From contig OZ024743.1 of assembly GCA_964016885.1 (NCBI GenBank), forward strand, positions 40,672,001-40,736,000: a DNA stretch of 64,000 bases, given 5' to 3'. Positions 1-64,000 of this stretch are shown here, in pieces. Each line of letters starts with the position of its first letter. Positions within the stretch are counted from its first letter, which is position 1. The notes beneath the pieces were generated by a model. That model searched no databases and was not told where the DNA came from. It saw only the letters and a list, made by a program, of their open reading frames with translations. A program made the position numbers and the translations under genes. The DNA comes from Eledone cirrhosa (lineage: Eukaryota).

Positions 1-161
1 CTCCATATTGAGTTCAGATTCTCATTTCATTTATCTCCCAACAAACTTAGAAATTTGTTGTATGTGCAGTTATCCACATATACACACTTGCAGAATTTAC
101 ATATGTATATATATATGCTAAGATATTAACTGAAAGAGAGATATAGGCTGTCCAGATATGT

Positions 162-242
<81 letters not shown>

Positions 243-792
243 AATAGATATATATATACATACATATACAAATAGATACTATACTCATACATGTATGTAT
301 GTATGTATCTATGTATATATATATATATATATATATAGTATCTATTTATATACATACATACATATATAAATAAATACTTTATACATACATATATATATAT
401 AGATACATACATACATATATGTGTGTGTGTATGTTTCATTATAAGTATATATATATAAACATAAATACACTCTGACTTAGCACTGAGTACTTATATAGGT
501 ACTATCTCAAATAAACCCAGAAAGGTACCAAAATTATTGTAATGAAAGAAATGCAAATATTTTAAATTGTTATTATTGATTCTTCTTAAAAGAAATATAT
601 GTAATATAAAGAACAGAACAGACATACACTCCTGCAGCTAAATTTACATGCAAAAATACCTGTATAATACATGCTCATTCATATAAAACATATCTGTATG
701 TATATATTCATACATGCACATAAATAACTTTGTAAATATGTATGCATGTATAAATATGCATATATGTATGCTATTATGTAAACACATATTTA

Positions 793-895
<103 letters not shown>

Positions 896-933
896 TTATT
901 TATATATATGTATATATATATATATCTGTATGC

Positions 934-1019
<86 letters not shown>

Positions 1020-1117
1020 ATAATAATAAATTTGAAGACTAAAATCCAAAGAGGGCTCGATAAGGATAAATATATATCAAATATATAAGAACCGTAGAGC
1101 AAATATTTATTAAAATA

Positions 1118-1193
1118 ACAGATTAAAGTTTAAGCAAAGAATCGCTGCTTTCACCCTTAACGAGATCTTCTGAAACTAACAAAGTCAATCTGT
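1118..1193 (-). ncRNA. Hammerhead-like motif (U4A variant) in the Naiad 3' region
   Basis: Reverse complement of 2911-2986 with one C-G to U-G change in stem II. Confidence 0.62.
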
Positions 1194-2910
1194 AAACGCA
1201 GAAGTGGATATTTCAAAAAACGTTGCAACGGGAGGTAGACAGGAAGACGATACTTTGGTTCGTGGAAACGTTCGCTGGTGAAGAACGGGAAAAAGCGAAT
1301 ATAATACGTCATTAATAGGAGCGGTGAAAAATAATTACGTGCAAAGACAGAACCACGTTTATGGTATAAAAGAGGTCGTAGACTAATGTTCTCTTTGGTG
1401 GTGCATAGAGACGTTCTCTGGCAATGAACAAAAAAAAAACGAAGATAATACGTCATATGAGGAGCGTGGAGAAGAATAGCACGCAAAGACAAAACCACGT
1501 AAATGGTATAGCAGAAGTCGTAGACTTAAATTCTAAATAGGAGACCGAATGAATCTCCGCTACAGAGTTAAGAACAAAGTAAATAAATACAATACAGAAG
1601 TAATAGAAATAAATAAATACATACACGCAAACAAATACGTACATACACAAGCATACGCAAAAAGTTACCATAGGTATACAAAACCACGCACATATAAATA
1701 TGTGTGCGTGTGTATGCGTGTATACACATAAATAAATAATTATATAAACGTATATAAATAAATAAATACTTATATAACAAGCGCACACACATACCTACAT
1801 GTAAATATACGAATGTTCGGAGACGTAAGTCAACCAAAACATGAAGTACACAATACACACACCCTACATACGTACGAACCTGCATACTCACACAGACGCA
1901 AAACTTCCGTATACACATAGCCAAACCATATGTACCAGAATATATAAAATTATACGCCATAACAATCAAATATACGTACCTTCACAAAACATACGGGTAA
2001 TATATACTTACCTATGCAAATAAGTAAAGGTATAAACAAAACATATACTTAACTCCCACATCAAGACGTAAAATATCCACGTATAGATCGTACTATCCGT
2101 TAGGCTGCAATACAGGAAAGTTTTGTGCAATTTATGTTTACAAGCCGAAATTGCTTCAGATTTTTTGTTTAAGATGTGGTCTGTGGGGTAGAGTATTTCC
2201 AGGGCCTCAGCGGCACAGAGGTCACATGGTCTTTTATTTCCGTTATACGATCTAGCCCTAGCTAGGATCTCCCAGTGTAACTTATATTGGGTGTGGTAGT
2301 CTTTTAGACTCCAGATATAAGCTGAAAGTGACGTCATATTCCTTCTTAGAACGTAACGAAAAGAATGGGTATGTATGTAAAGACGCTGCTTGAATCTATT
2401 GGTGGTTAACCCTATGTAGGCCCTACGGGACGTGGGTGTTACAACCTTACATTTGTAGACAATGTTACTAGAGAGGCATTTCCCGGATAGGGTGAAATCA
2501 ACCCGATTCCTACAATTACAGTTAGTACTAACTACAAGGTTGCACGCACATATTTATATGTGGTTTTGTATACCTATTTAGTCTACGACTTCTGCTATAC
2601 CATTTACGTGGTTTTGTCTTTGCGTGCTATTCTTCTCCACGCTCCTCATATGACGTATTATCTTCGTTTTTTTCGTTCATTGCCAGAGAACGTCTCTATG
2701 CACCACCAAAGAGAACATTAGTCTACGACCTCTTTTATACCATAAACGTGGTTCTGTCTTTGCACGTAATTGTTTTTCACCGCTCCTATTAATGACGTAT
2801 TATATTCGTTTTATCCGGTTCTTCGCCAGCGAACGTTTCCAATTGCCAAAGTATCGTCTTCCTGTCTTCCTCCGGTTGCAACGTTTTTTGAAATATCCAG
2901 TTCTGCGTTT

Positions 2911-2986
2911 ACAGATTGACTTTGTTAGTTTCAGAAGATCCCGTTAAGGGTGAAAGCAGCGATTCTTTGCTTAAACTTTAATCTGT
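2911..2986 (+). ncRNA. Type I hammerhead-like ribozyme, variant core CAGAAGA (U4A) with U17
   Basis: acagatt..agttt-CAGAAGA-t ccc gttaa ggg t-GAAA-gca..tgc-TT-aaact..aatctgt. Three stems, with stem I extended beyond an internal loop. Confidence 0.65.
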
Positions 2987-3027
2987 TATTTTAACATATA
3001 TATATATATATATATATATCTGTATGC

Positions 3028-3071
<44 letters not shown>

Positions 3072-3080
3072 GTATGCATT

Positions 3081-3183
<103 letters not shown>

Positions 3184-3186
3184 GCA

Positions 3187-3238
<52 letters not shown>

Positions 3239-3531
3239 CATATATATATATAGGCATATATATATGCATATATATATATATATATATAGGCATATATATA
3301 TATGCATATAGATATATGCATATATATATATATATATATATGCATATATATATATATACGCATATACATTTATATATATACATATAAATATATGCATATA
3401 TATATATATACATATATATATATGCATATATATATATATACATATATATATATATGCATATATATATATATACATATATATATATATGCATATATATATA
3501 TATATACATAAATGTGTATATAGATATAGGC

Positions 3532-3562
<31 letters not shown>

Positions 3563-3888
3563 GGCATATATATACGCCTATATATATATACATATATATA
3601 TATGTATATATATATATATGTATATATATATATCTAGGCATATATATGTATATATATATAGGCGTGTATATATATATATATATATATATATAGGCATATA
3701 TATATATATATTTATATATATATATATATGTATCTTATAATATATCTTATAATATATCTCATAATGCGTATGCATGTGTATATATAATTGAATTATCAAA
3801 CTTTTGTGTACATGCTAAAAAATATTCCCATATGCTTTTCATCATACTGAAGTGTATTTTTATTATTTTAATGGATTGTTATCTATGC

Positions 3889-3955
<67 letters not shown>

Positions 3956-4347
3956 TGATGATAATATTAATAATTGTAAAAACAACAACAACAATAATTA
4001 TGTATGTTTATATTTGTTATCTTCCAAGATGTGTACAGGTTCCCAACCTTTCACGCCCATGCATGCACACAAACATATACACATATCCATGCAATATATA
4101 CATTTTTTATATGTACATTTCATATATACATACACACACATGCATGTGTGCACATGTATGTACAGGTACTTTCCCTGTGTGTGGGTGTATGTGTATATAT
4201 ATATATATTATTATATATATATATACTCACACAATTACACACATAGACATTCACAGACAAACACACACACACACATATACATATATATATGCATATATAT
4301 ATATACACACACATGCATATATATGTATACATGTATATACATAAAAG

Positions 4348-4381
<34 letters not shown>

Positions 4382-4429
4382 CAGTTTCTGGTGTCAGCTT
4401 TATCTGGAAAACAAACATATATGTATGTA

Positions 4430-4487
<58 letters not shown>

Positions 4488-4961
4488 TATTATATCAAAA
4501 TAATACCAACAAATCTTGAATTAAGAGTGTAAAATGAATAATAAGATTAATTTCAACAAATTATATGAAGCAAGCATTTACAAAAAAAAAAAAAAATAAT
4601 AATGAAATAAAATATTTTAAACACAATTTATATAACATTTTTTTCATGTGGTTTTGGTGGGTTTCAAACTTTTGGGTATTTTGTCTTTTTTTTCTGTTAC
4701 AAAGATATCATTGTATGAGGGAAATGGTGGGATTATCAGAATATACCTGGAAAATTTATGATCCAGCATGTATCTTTTGTTGTTTCATTTGTTTTCAGTT
4801 TATTTATATATATATTTTGTTATATATTCTGTATGTTTTTTTCCATTTTATAAATGGATTTTTTTTCAAAACTTCAATTTTTTAAATTATCTTTTTTTTT
4901 GAATTTGTTTATATATATATATATGTATTTGAGTATATATATATATGTACAAATATATACA

Positions 4962-4997
<36 letters not shown>

Positions 4998-5149
4998 TAT
5001 ATATATATATATATATATATGCATATATATATATATAAATGCATATATATATATATATATATATACATGCATATATATATATAAATATATATATACACAT
5101 AAATATATATATATATATACATGCATATATATATATATATATATATACA

Positions 5150-5186
<37 letters not shown>

Positions 5187-5193
5187 GCATATA

Positions 5194-5231
<38 letters not shown>

Positions 5232-5283
5232 CCTGCATATATATATATATATACATGCATATATATATATATACATGCATATA

Positions 5284-5405
<122 letters not shown>

Positions 5406-5500
5406 TATATATGCATATATATATACATGTTTACATATATATATATATAGATAGATAGATAAATATACACGGGCATGTATGATTGTGTATAGAAGATTAT

Positions 5501-5897
5501 ATTAATAAAAGGAATTCTAACTTTGTCTGATTTACTTGTTTTATTTACAATCCTTTAAAATGTATAATGGTATTAGAATGAAATAGTATGGTAGAATATT
5601 ACATGTTAAGTGTTAATTGAACAAGTACATTCATGCTTTCGCAATCTTCACATTCATAATGTGTGGTGACAGTCAAGTTTACAATTTTCAACTGTGTTTT
5701 CAACAGTTGAAAATTGCAAACTTGACTGTCACCACACATTATGACCCTGAAGATTGCGAAAGCATGAAAGTACTTGTTCAATTAACATTTAACATTTAAT
5801 ATTCTACCATACTATTTCATTCTAATAACATTATACATTTTAAAGGTTTGTAAATAAAACGAGTAAATAAGACAAAGTTGGAATTCCTTTTATTAAT
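5501..5897. mobile_element. Fold-back element with ~195-bp arms and an HHR in each arm, within (TA)n; probably PLE-derived
   Basis: 5501-5695 is the imperfect reverse complement of 5703-5897 with a 7-nt spacer. Confidence 0.85.
5742..5780 (+). ncRNA. Minimal hammerhead ribozyme with palindromic stem III AGTACT and U17
   Basis: tgacc-CTGAAGA-t tgc gaaa gca t-GAAA-gtac-TT-gttca. The left-arm copy is mutated (GTGAAGA, GAAT). Confidence 0.7.
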
Positions 5898-6343
5898 ATA
5901 TATATATATATATAGTTCTATATAAATATATATATATATATATATGCATATATATATATACATGCATATATATATATATACATATATATACATGCATATA
6001 TATATACATGCATATGTATATCTACATGCATATATATACCTGCATATATATACACACATGCATATATATATATATATATATGTACCCATATGCATATATA
6101 TATATACATATACACATGTACATATATATATACATATACACATGTGCATATATATATACATATATATATACACATGCATATATATATATATATACATGAA
6201 TATATATATATTCATATACATGCATATATATATATACATGCATATATATATATACATGCATATATATCTACATGCATATATATCTACATATATATATACA
6301 TGCATATATATCTACATATATATATATATATATATATACATGC

Positions 6344-6376
<33 letters not shown>

Positions 6377-6595
6377 TACATATATATACATGCATATATA
6401 TATATACACATATATACATATATATATACACATATATACATATATATACACATATATACATATACACATATATACATATATATACACATATATACATATA
6501 TACACATATACACATATATACATATATACATGCATATATATATATACATATATACATATATATATACATGCATATATATATATACATATACATGC

Positions 6596-6626
<31 letters not shown>

Positions 6627-6771
6627 CATATGTATATACATATATATATATACATATATATATATATGTATACACATATGCATATATATATACTTCTATA
6701 TATACATATATACATGTATGTATACACATATGCATATATATATACTTTCACACACATATATATATACATGC

Positions 6772-6802
<31 letters not shown>

Positions 6803-7225
6803 AATATACACATATATATACACATATATATAAGCATATTCATACTTATATATGCACATTTATAATTACATACTTGCATATATATACATGCATATTCATA
6901 CTTATATATGGATATTTATATATACATACTTGCATATATATACATGCATATATATATATATATATATATATAGATGCATTTATATATATATATATATAAA
7001 TATCCACATATATATTAATTTATACATAATTTCTTTCACCTTATTTTAATTCTCATCATTTTAGGGATTTATTTATGTATGTGTTTAATTACTTACACAC
7101 ACAAACATACATGCATATGCTCATATGTATATATAAGTATATATGTATATACACAGACACAGACACACACAGACACACATATATCATCATTATTTTATGT
7201 CCGCTTTTCCCTGCTTGCAAGGGTG

Positions 7226-7299
<74 letters not shown>

Positions 7300-7535
7300 C
7301 TATATATATACCTATATATATATATATATACACACCTATATATATATATATATATACACCTATATATATACCTATATATATATATATACACACCTATATA
7401 TATACCTATATATATATATATACAACTATATATATATATATACACCTATATATATATATATATACCTATACCTATATATATATATATATACACACATAAA
7501 TATATATATAAATACACATATATATATATATATAC

Positions 7536-7574
<39 letters not shown>

Positions 7575-8026
7575 TATATATATATATATATATACACATA
7601 TATATATATATACACACATATATATATATATACACATATATATATATATATACACATATATATTTATATATACACACATATATATATACCTATATACATA
7701 TATATACTTATATACATATATATACCTATATATATATATATATATGTATACCTATACATATATATATATACCTATATATATATATAAATATATATACCTA
7801 TATATATATATAAATATATATACCTATATAGATATGTATACATAGAGATGCATAAATATATGTATGTATACATAAAGATGCATAAATATATGTATGTATA
7901 TATATGTATACATAAAGATGCATAAATATATGTATGTACACATATGTATACATAAAAATGCATAAATATATCTATGTATATATATATATATATATAATAT
8001 GTATGTATATATATATACATATATAT

Positions 8027-8057
<31 letters not shown>

Positions 8058-8221
8058 CCTATATATACATATATATTTTTATGCATTTTTATATATACAT
8101 ATGTATACATACATATTTTTATTTATCTTTATGTATACATATGTATACATAATACATATTTTTATGCATCTTTATGTATACATATGTATACATATGTATG
8201 CATTGTTATGTATACATATGC

Positions 8222-8272
<51 letters not shown>

Positions 8273-8348
8273 TATACATAATATATATATATATATATAT
8301 ATACATAATATATATATATATATATATATACATAATATATATATATAC

Positions 8349-8386
<38 letters not shown>

Positions 8387-8722
8387 TATACATAATATAT
8401 ATATATATACATAATATATATATATATATATATATACATAATATATATATATATATATATACATAATATATATATATATATATATACATAATATATATAT
8501 ATATATATACATAATATATATATACATAATATATATATATATATATATACATAATATATATATACATAATATATATATATATATATATACATAATATATA
8601 TATATATACATACATAATATATATATATATATACATACATAATATATATATATATATACATAATATATATATATATATACATAATATATATATATATATA
8701 TAATATATATATATATATATAC

Positions 8723-8822
<100 letters not shown>

Positions 8823-8853
8823 ATATATATATATATATACATAATATATATAT

Positions 8854-8931
<78 letters not shown>

Positions 8932-9070
8932 ATATATATATATATATATATATATACATAATATATATATATATATATACATAATATATATATATATATA
9001 TATACATAATATATATATATATATATACATAATATATATATATATATATACATAATATATATATATATAC

Positions 9071-9112
<42 letters not shown>

Positions 9113-9131
9113 ATATATATATATATACATA

Positions 9132-9162
<31 letters not shown>

Positions 9163-9310
9163 ATATATATATATATATATACATAATATATATATATATA
9201 TATATATACATAATATATACATAATATATATATATATATACATAATATATACATAATATATATATATATATACATAATATATACATAATATATATATATA
9301 TATACATACA

Positions 9311-9456
<146 letters not shown>

Positions 9457-9477
9457 CGTATATATATATATATATAC

Positions 9478-9516
<39 letters not shown>

Positions 9517-9589
9517 CGTATATATATATTTATATACATATATATATATATATACATACATATATATATATATACATATATATATATAC

Positions 9590-9638
<49 letters not shown>

Positions 9639-9645
9639 CATATAC

Positions 9646-9694
<49 letters not shown>

Positions 9695-9709
9695 CATATA
9701 TATATATAC

Positions 9710-9740
<31 letters not shown>

Positions 9741-9805
9741 CATATATACATATATATATATATATACATATATATATACATATATATATATATATACATA
9801 TATAC

Positions 9806-10066
<261 letters not shown>

Positions 10067-10085
10067 CATATATACATATATATAC

Positions 10086-10116
<31 letters not shown>

Positions 10117-10129
10117 CATATATATATAC

Positions 10130-10160
<31 letters not shown>

Positions 10161-10363
10161 CATATATATATATACATATATATATACATATATACATAAT
10201 ATATATATATATATATATACATAATATATATATCTATATATATATACATAATATATATATATATATATATATATACATAATATATATATATATAATATAT
10301 ATAAATATATATATACATAATATATATATATATATACATAATATATATATATATATAATATAT

Positions 10364-10434
<71 letters not shown>

Positions 10435-10469
10435 TATATATATAATATATATATATATATAATATATAT

Positions 10470-10663
<194 letters not shown>

Positions 10664-10664
10664 C

Positions 10665-10695
<31 letters not shown>

Positions 10696-10742
10696 CATAC
10701 ATATATATATATATACATATATATATACATATATATATATAC

Positions 10743-10775
<33 letters not shown>

Positions 10776-10788
10776 CATACATATATAT

Positions 10789-10827
<39 letters not shown>

Positions 10828-11153
10828 TATCTCTCCATATATATATATATATATATATACATACACACATATATATATATATATATATACATACACATAC
10901 ATATATATATATATATACATACATATATATATATATATATACATATAAATATATGTATGTATGTATACACATATATATATATATATGTATCTATATATAT
11001 GCATATATATATATGTATGTACATATATATATATATGTATGCATATATATATGTATGTATATATATATATATATGTATGCATATATATATGTATGTATAT
11101 ATATATATATATATATGTATGCATATATATATATATATATAGATATATATGTA

Positions 11154-11197
<44 letters not shown>

Positions 11198-11217
11198 CAT
11201 ATATATATGTATGCATA

Positions 11218-11257
<40 letters not shown>

Positions 11258-11259
11258 CA

Positions 11260-11380
<121 letters not shown>

Positions 11381-11486
11381 TTATATGTATGTATACATAT
11401 ATATTCATATATATATATTTAAATATATACAATGTTGATGACCTGTCGTTTTAAAGAGGCTTTGTTTCACACACACATATGTGTAA

Positions 11487-11518
<32 letters not shown>

Positions 11519-11782
11519 GGTTTCTTGTTTATAGAAGGGGATGTTCCTGACACACACACACACACACATATATATATGCGAGTTTGTGTGTAAACACATA
11601 TGTATATAATATAATTACACACACATACATGCAAATAAATATACATGTGTATTTGTATATGTATATATATTAATGTATTCAGATACCTGTGCGTATAGAT
11701 GTTTGTTTATACATATATATGTGTTTGTATGTATGAGTATGTATCTATATGTGTATGTATATATATATACACACACACACAC

Positions 11783-11825
<43 letters not shown>

Positions 11826-12467
11826 GATACACATATGTTTCTCTTTATAGTGTGGGGCTGCGGTGTTTGTATCTCTGTTGAATATGTTTATATGTACCTA
11901 TATAATTGTGTATATATAGACGTCGTATTTTTTTAAATATTTTCTTTATTTTAATTTCATATGGTGTTCGACTTCAAAATGGCATTGTTCTCTATAAGAG
12001 AACAACTTGAAGCATAAAATGTGTATATTTTTTTTATTTTTTATTTTTTGTTTTAATATAATGTAAATTTTAATATTACAATTATGATTTTTATAATTAA
12101 TATCATCTTCATCATCATCAACATCATCAAAATCACCATCGCTGCCATCACAAACAAATCAAGATCATTATTATTATTATTATCATTCTTATTATTATCA
12201 TTATTATTACCATTATTATTAGTATTATCAGCATTATTCTTCACATTAACATTATCATTCTTATCCTTCTTATTATCATTGTTTAAAAAAAAATATTATA
12301 ATTATAATTTTCGATTAAAATTAATAATTATTATTTATCATTATTTTTTAATTTTTTTCTGTTAGTTTAAATTTTAGTTTTTGTTGTTGCTGCTATTTTA
12401 TTTGTTGTAGTAATAGTTTGTTGTACTAGTAGCCATAGTTGTTATTGTTGTTATTTCCTGTGCAACA

Positions 12468-62555
<50,088 letters not shown>

Positions 62556-64000
62556 CTGCAAGCAGAAGAGAAAAAGAAACTGTTCACATGGTGTTTTAAA
62601 TGTCGATTGCATTGATAAATCTATCAACCATTTTGATGTCACTCCATATGTGGCCACATCTGAGCCTCTCAAATAAAGCTTGGCATTTTAACGTGTTTAT
62701 AATATATTTCAGCCCTTCTATCAAAAGAACCAAACAGTGTTTCAAACTAAATGTAATTATAAATACGGAGATTTCAGAGTTGCGCATGTCTTGCAAGTGA
62801 CTTGATTTGAAATCATTTTTAGTTATTCTAGTAAAATAAAGTGCACAAAAGCCGTTAAATTCATTGCTCGCTTCTAAGACAAGTTTAAGACTTTCGTTAC
62901 CATATTTCTAATGGAAGACATAGCTTATACTTTTTAAATAGTCTTGAAAACAATCAAGAATTTAGAGGATTTAAGGTTATATCATTCTTATTATTAAACT
63001 GGTGTTTGGCATGCAACTAAACGAGGGTTCTGACATAAAATTATTACAGAATGATTTTAGAATAAGCGATTTTATATCAAAGAACTAGGGGCAGTTTCAG
63101 GAGCTTTGACATTGAAAGAGGTAAGCAATATCAGAAAGGCATACAATGGATTCATTCTTTAAATTTTATTACTATTTGATGTGAGAGGTTGGCAAATGAG
63201 ATTACACATGAAAATTACCTTTCCAATGTGCAACCTTGACCAAAGTATTTTATTGCAGACCAACAGTCACCCATGCATGCACGTTTCCCTTCTCCACGCC
63301 ACCAAGGTTGTCCAAGGGAAAGCAAAGACAAGTATCGTGCTAGTGAAGTCATGGGAAAACTAAAAAGGAGAAAGAGCCGAATATGATACCATAAGGTATG
63401 TAATCCAAGGATCTAATATTTCTGTCAATCAAACGCCCTGTTTCAGCAATATATTTATTGACCCTCGAAAAGATGAATATCAACGTTGGCTTCGGTGTTA
63501 AAGTGTAATGTCAGATTCAAGCATGGAGACTCATCAGGCCAGAGCTTTTCTCGTTGTGACAAGCGTTAATCGACATAAAATACTAGACTTCTCACTGGAC
63601 GCACAGCTGATGTTGGTACTCATTTTCAGTTGAGAGGACTGGAACAACATGAAAGTAAGATACACATAAGAAACATGAATGCTCAAACTTCCAGACTTAT
63701 ATAAATATTTTAAAAATTTTCAAAGAAGAGGCAGCAACAGATAAAATCGAATAAACGTCAGAAACCGAAATCATTGCAATAATAAAAGTTACATTGTGGA
63801 TATTCCATTAATAATATTCTTCAATTATTCCATGGCCTCCAGAAACTATCTCATTATTCTTCGTTCCTTGAGAAAAGTTGAAGAGTAATTGCATGACTCT
63901 TTGATCTAATACTAAAATATATAGTGTAAGTATGTTTATGTTACGATATATGTAGTACGTACGTATGTGTTAAGAGATATACGATACGTATATATGTGTT

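Larger units (their letters stand above)
1017..2994 (-). mobile_element. Naiad-type PLE copy with inverted 5' part: minus arm 1017-2546 (tail to GIY-YIG) plus inverted plus arm 2547-2994
   Basis: 1017-2546 is the reverse complement of about 53381-54916 (ORF 2008-2337 encodes MTSLSAYIWSLK...CDLCAAE). 2547-2994 matches about 54250-54822 with an internal deletion. (TA)n flanks both sides. Confidence 0.92.

Overview
AT-rich, microsatellite-saturated animal DNA. The SINE/MITE/(TA)n repertoire looks like a coleoid cephalopod such as octopus (inference). One host gene is supported: a minus-strand matrix metalloproteinase with eight phase-consistent exons (62555 to 12468). It has an HExGHxxGxxH zinc site, Met-turn, Pro-rich hinge, four hemopexin blades and a GPI-type hydrophobic C-terminus. 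Its signal and propeptide exons were not found and probably lie beyond the window end. A 36.8-kb intron interrupts the catalytic domain. The rest is repeats: a young 5'-truncated Naiad-type Penelope-like element (PLE; RT plus GIY-YIG) with related fragments, two other decayed PLEs, CR1/RTE/RLE LINE relics, tRNA-derived SINEs, Helitron, piggyBac and TcMar MITEs, and kilobases of (TA)n. The main hidden signal is about a dozen hammerhead-ribozyme (HHR) motifs, read by eye, from at least six unrelated families. Several have non-canonical cores conserved between copies (U4A, U4C, U3-A8, U17). Many sit in 200-550 bp non-coding fold-back elements embedded in (TA)n, with an outward-facing ribozyme or half-ribozyme in each arm. 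Almost all ORF-track entries are microsatellite artefacts. All structures and alignments were done by eye, and repeat boundaries are approximate.
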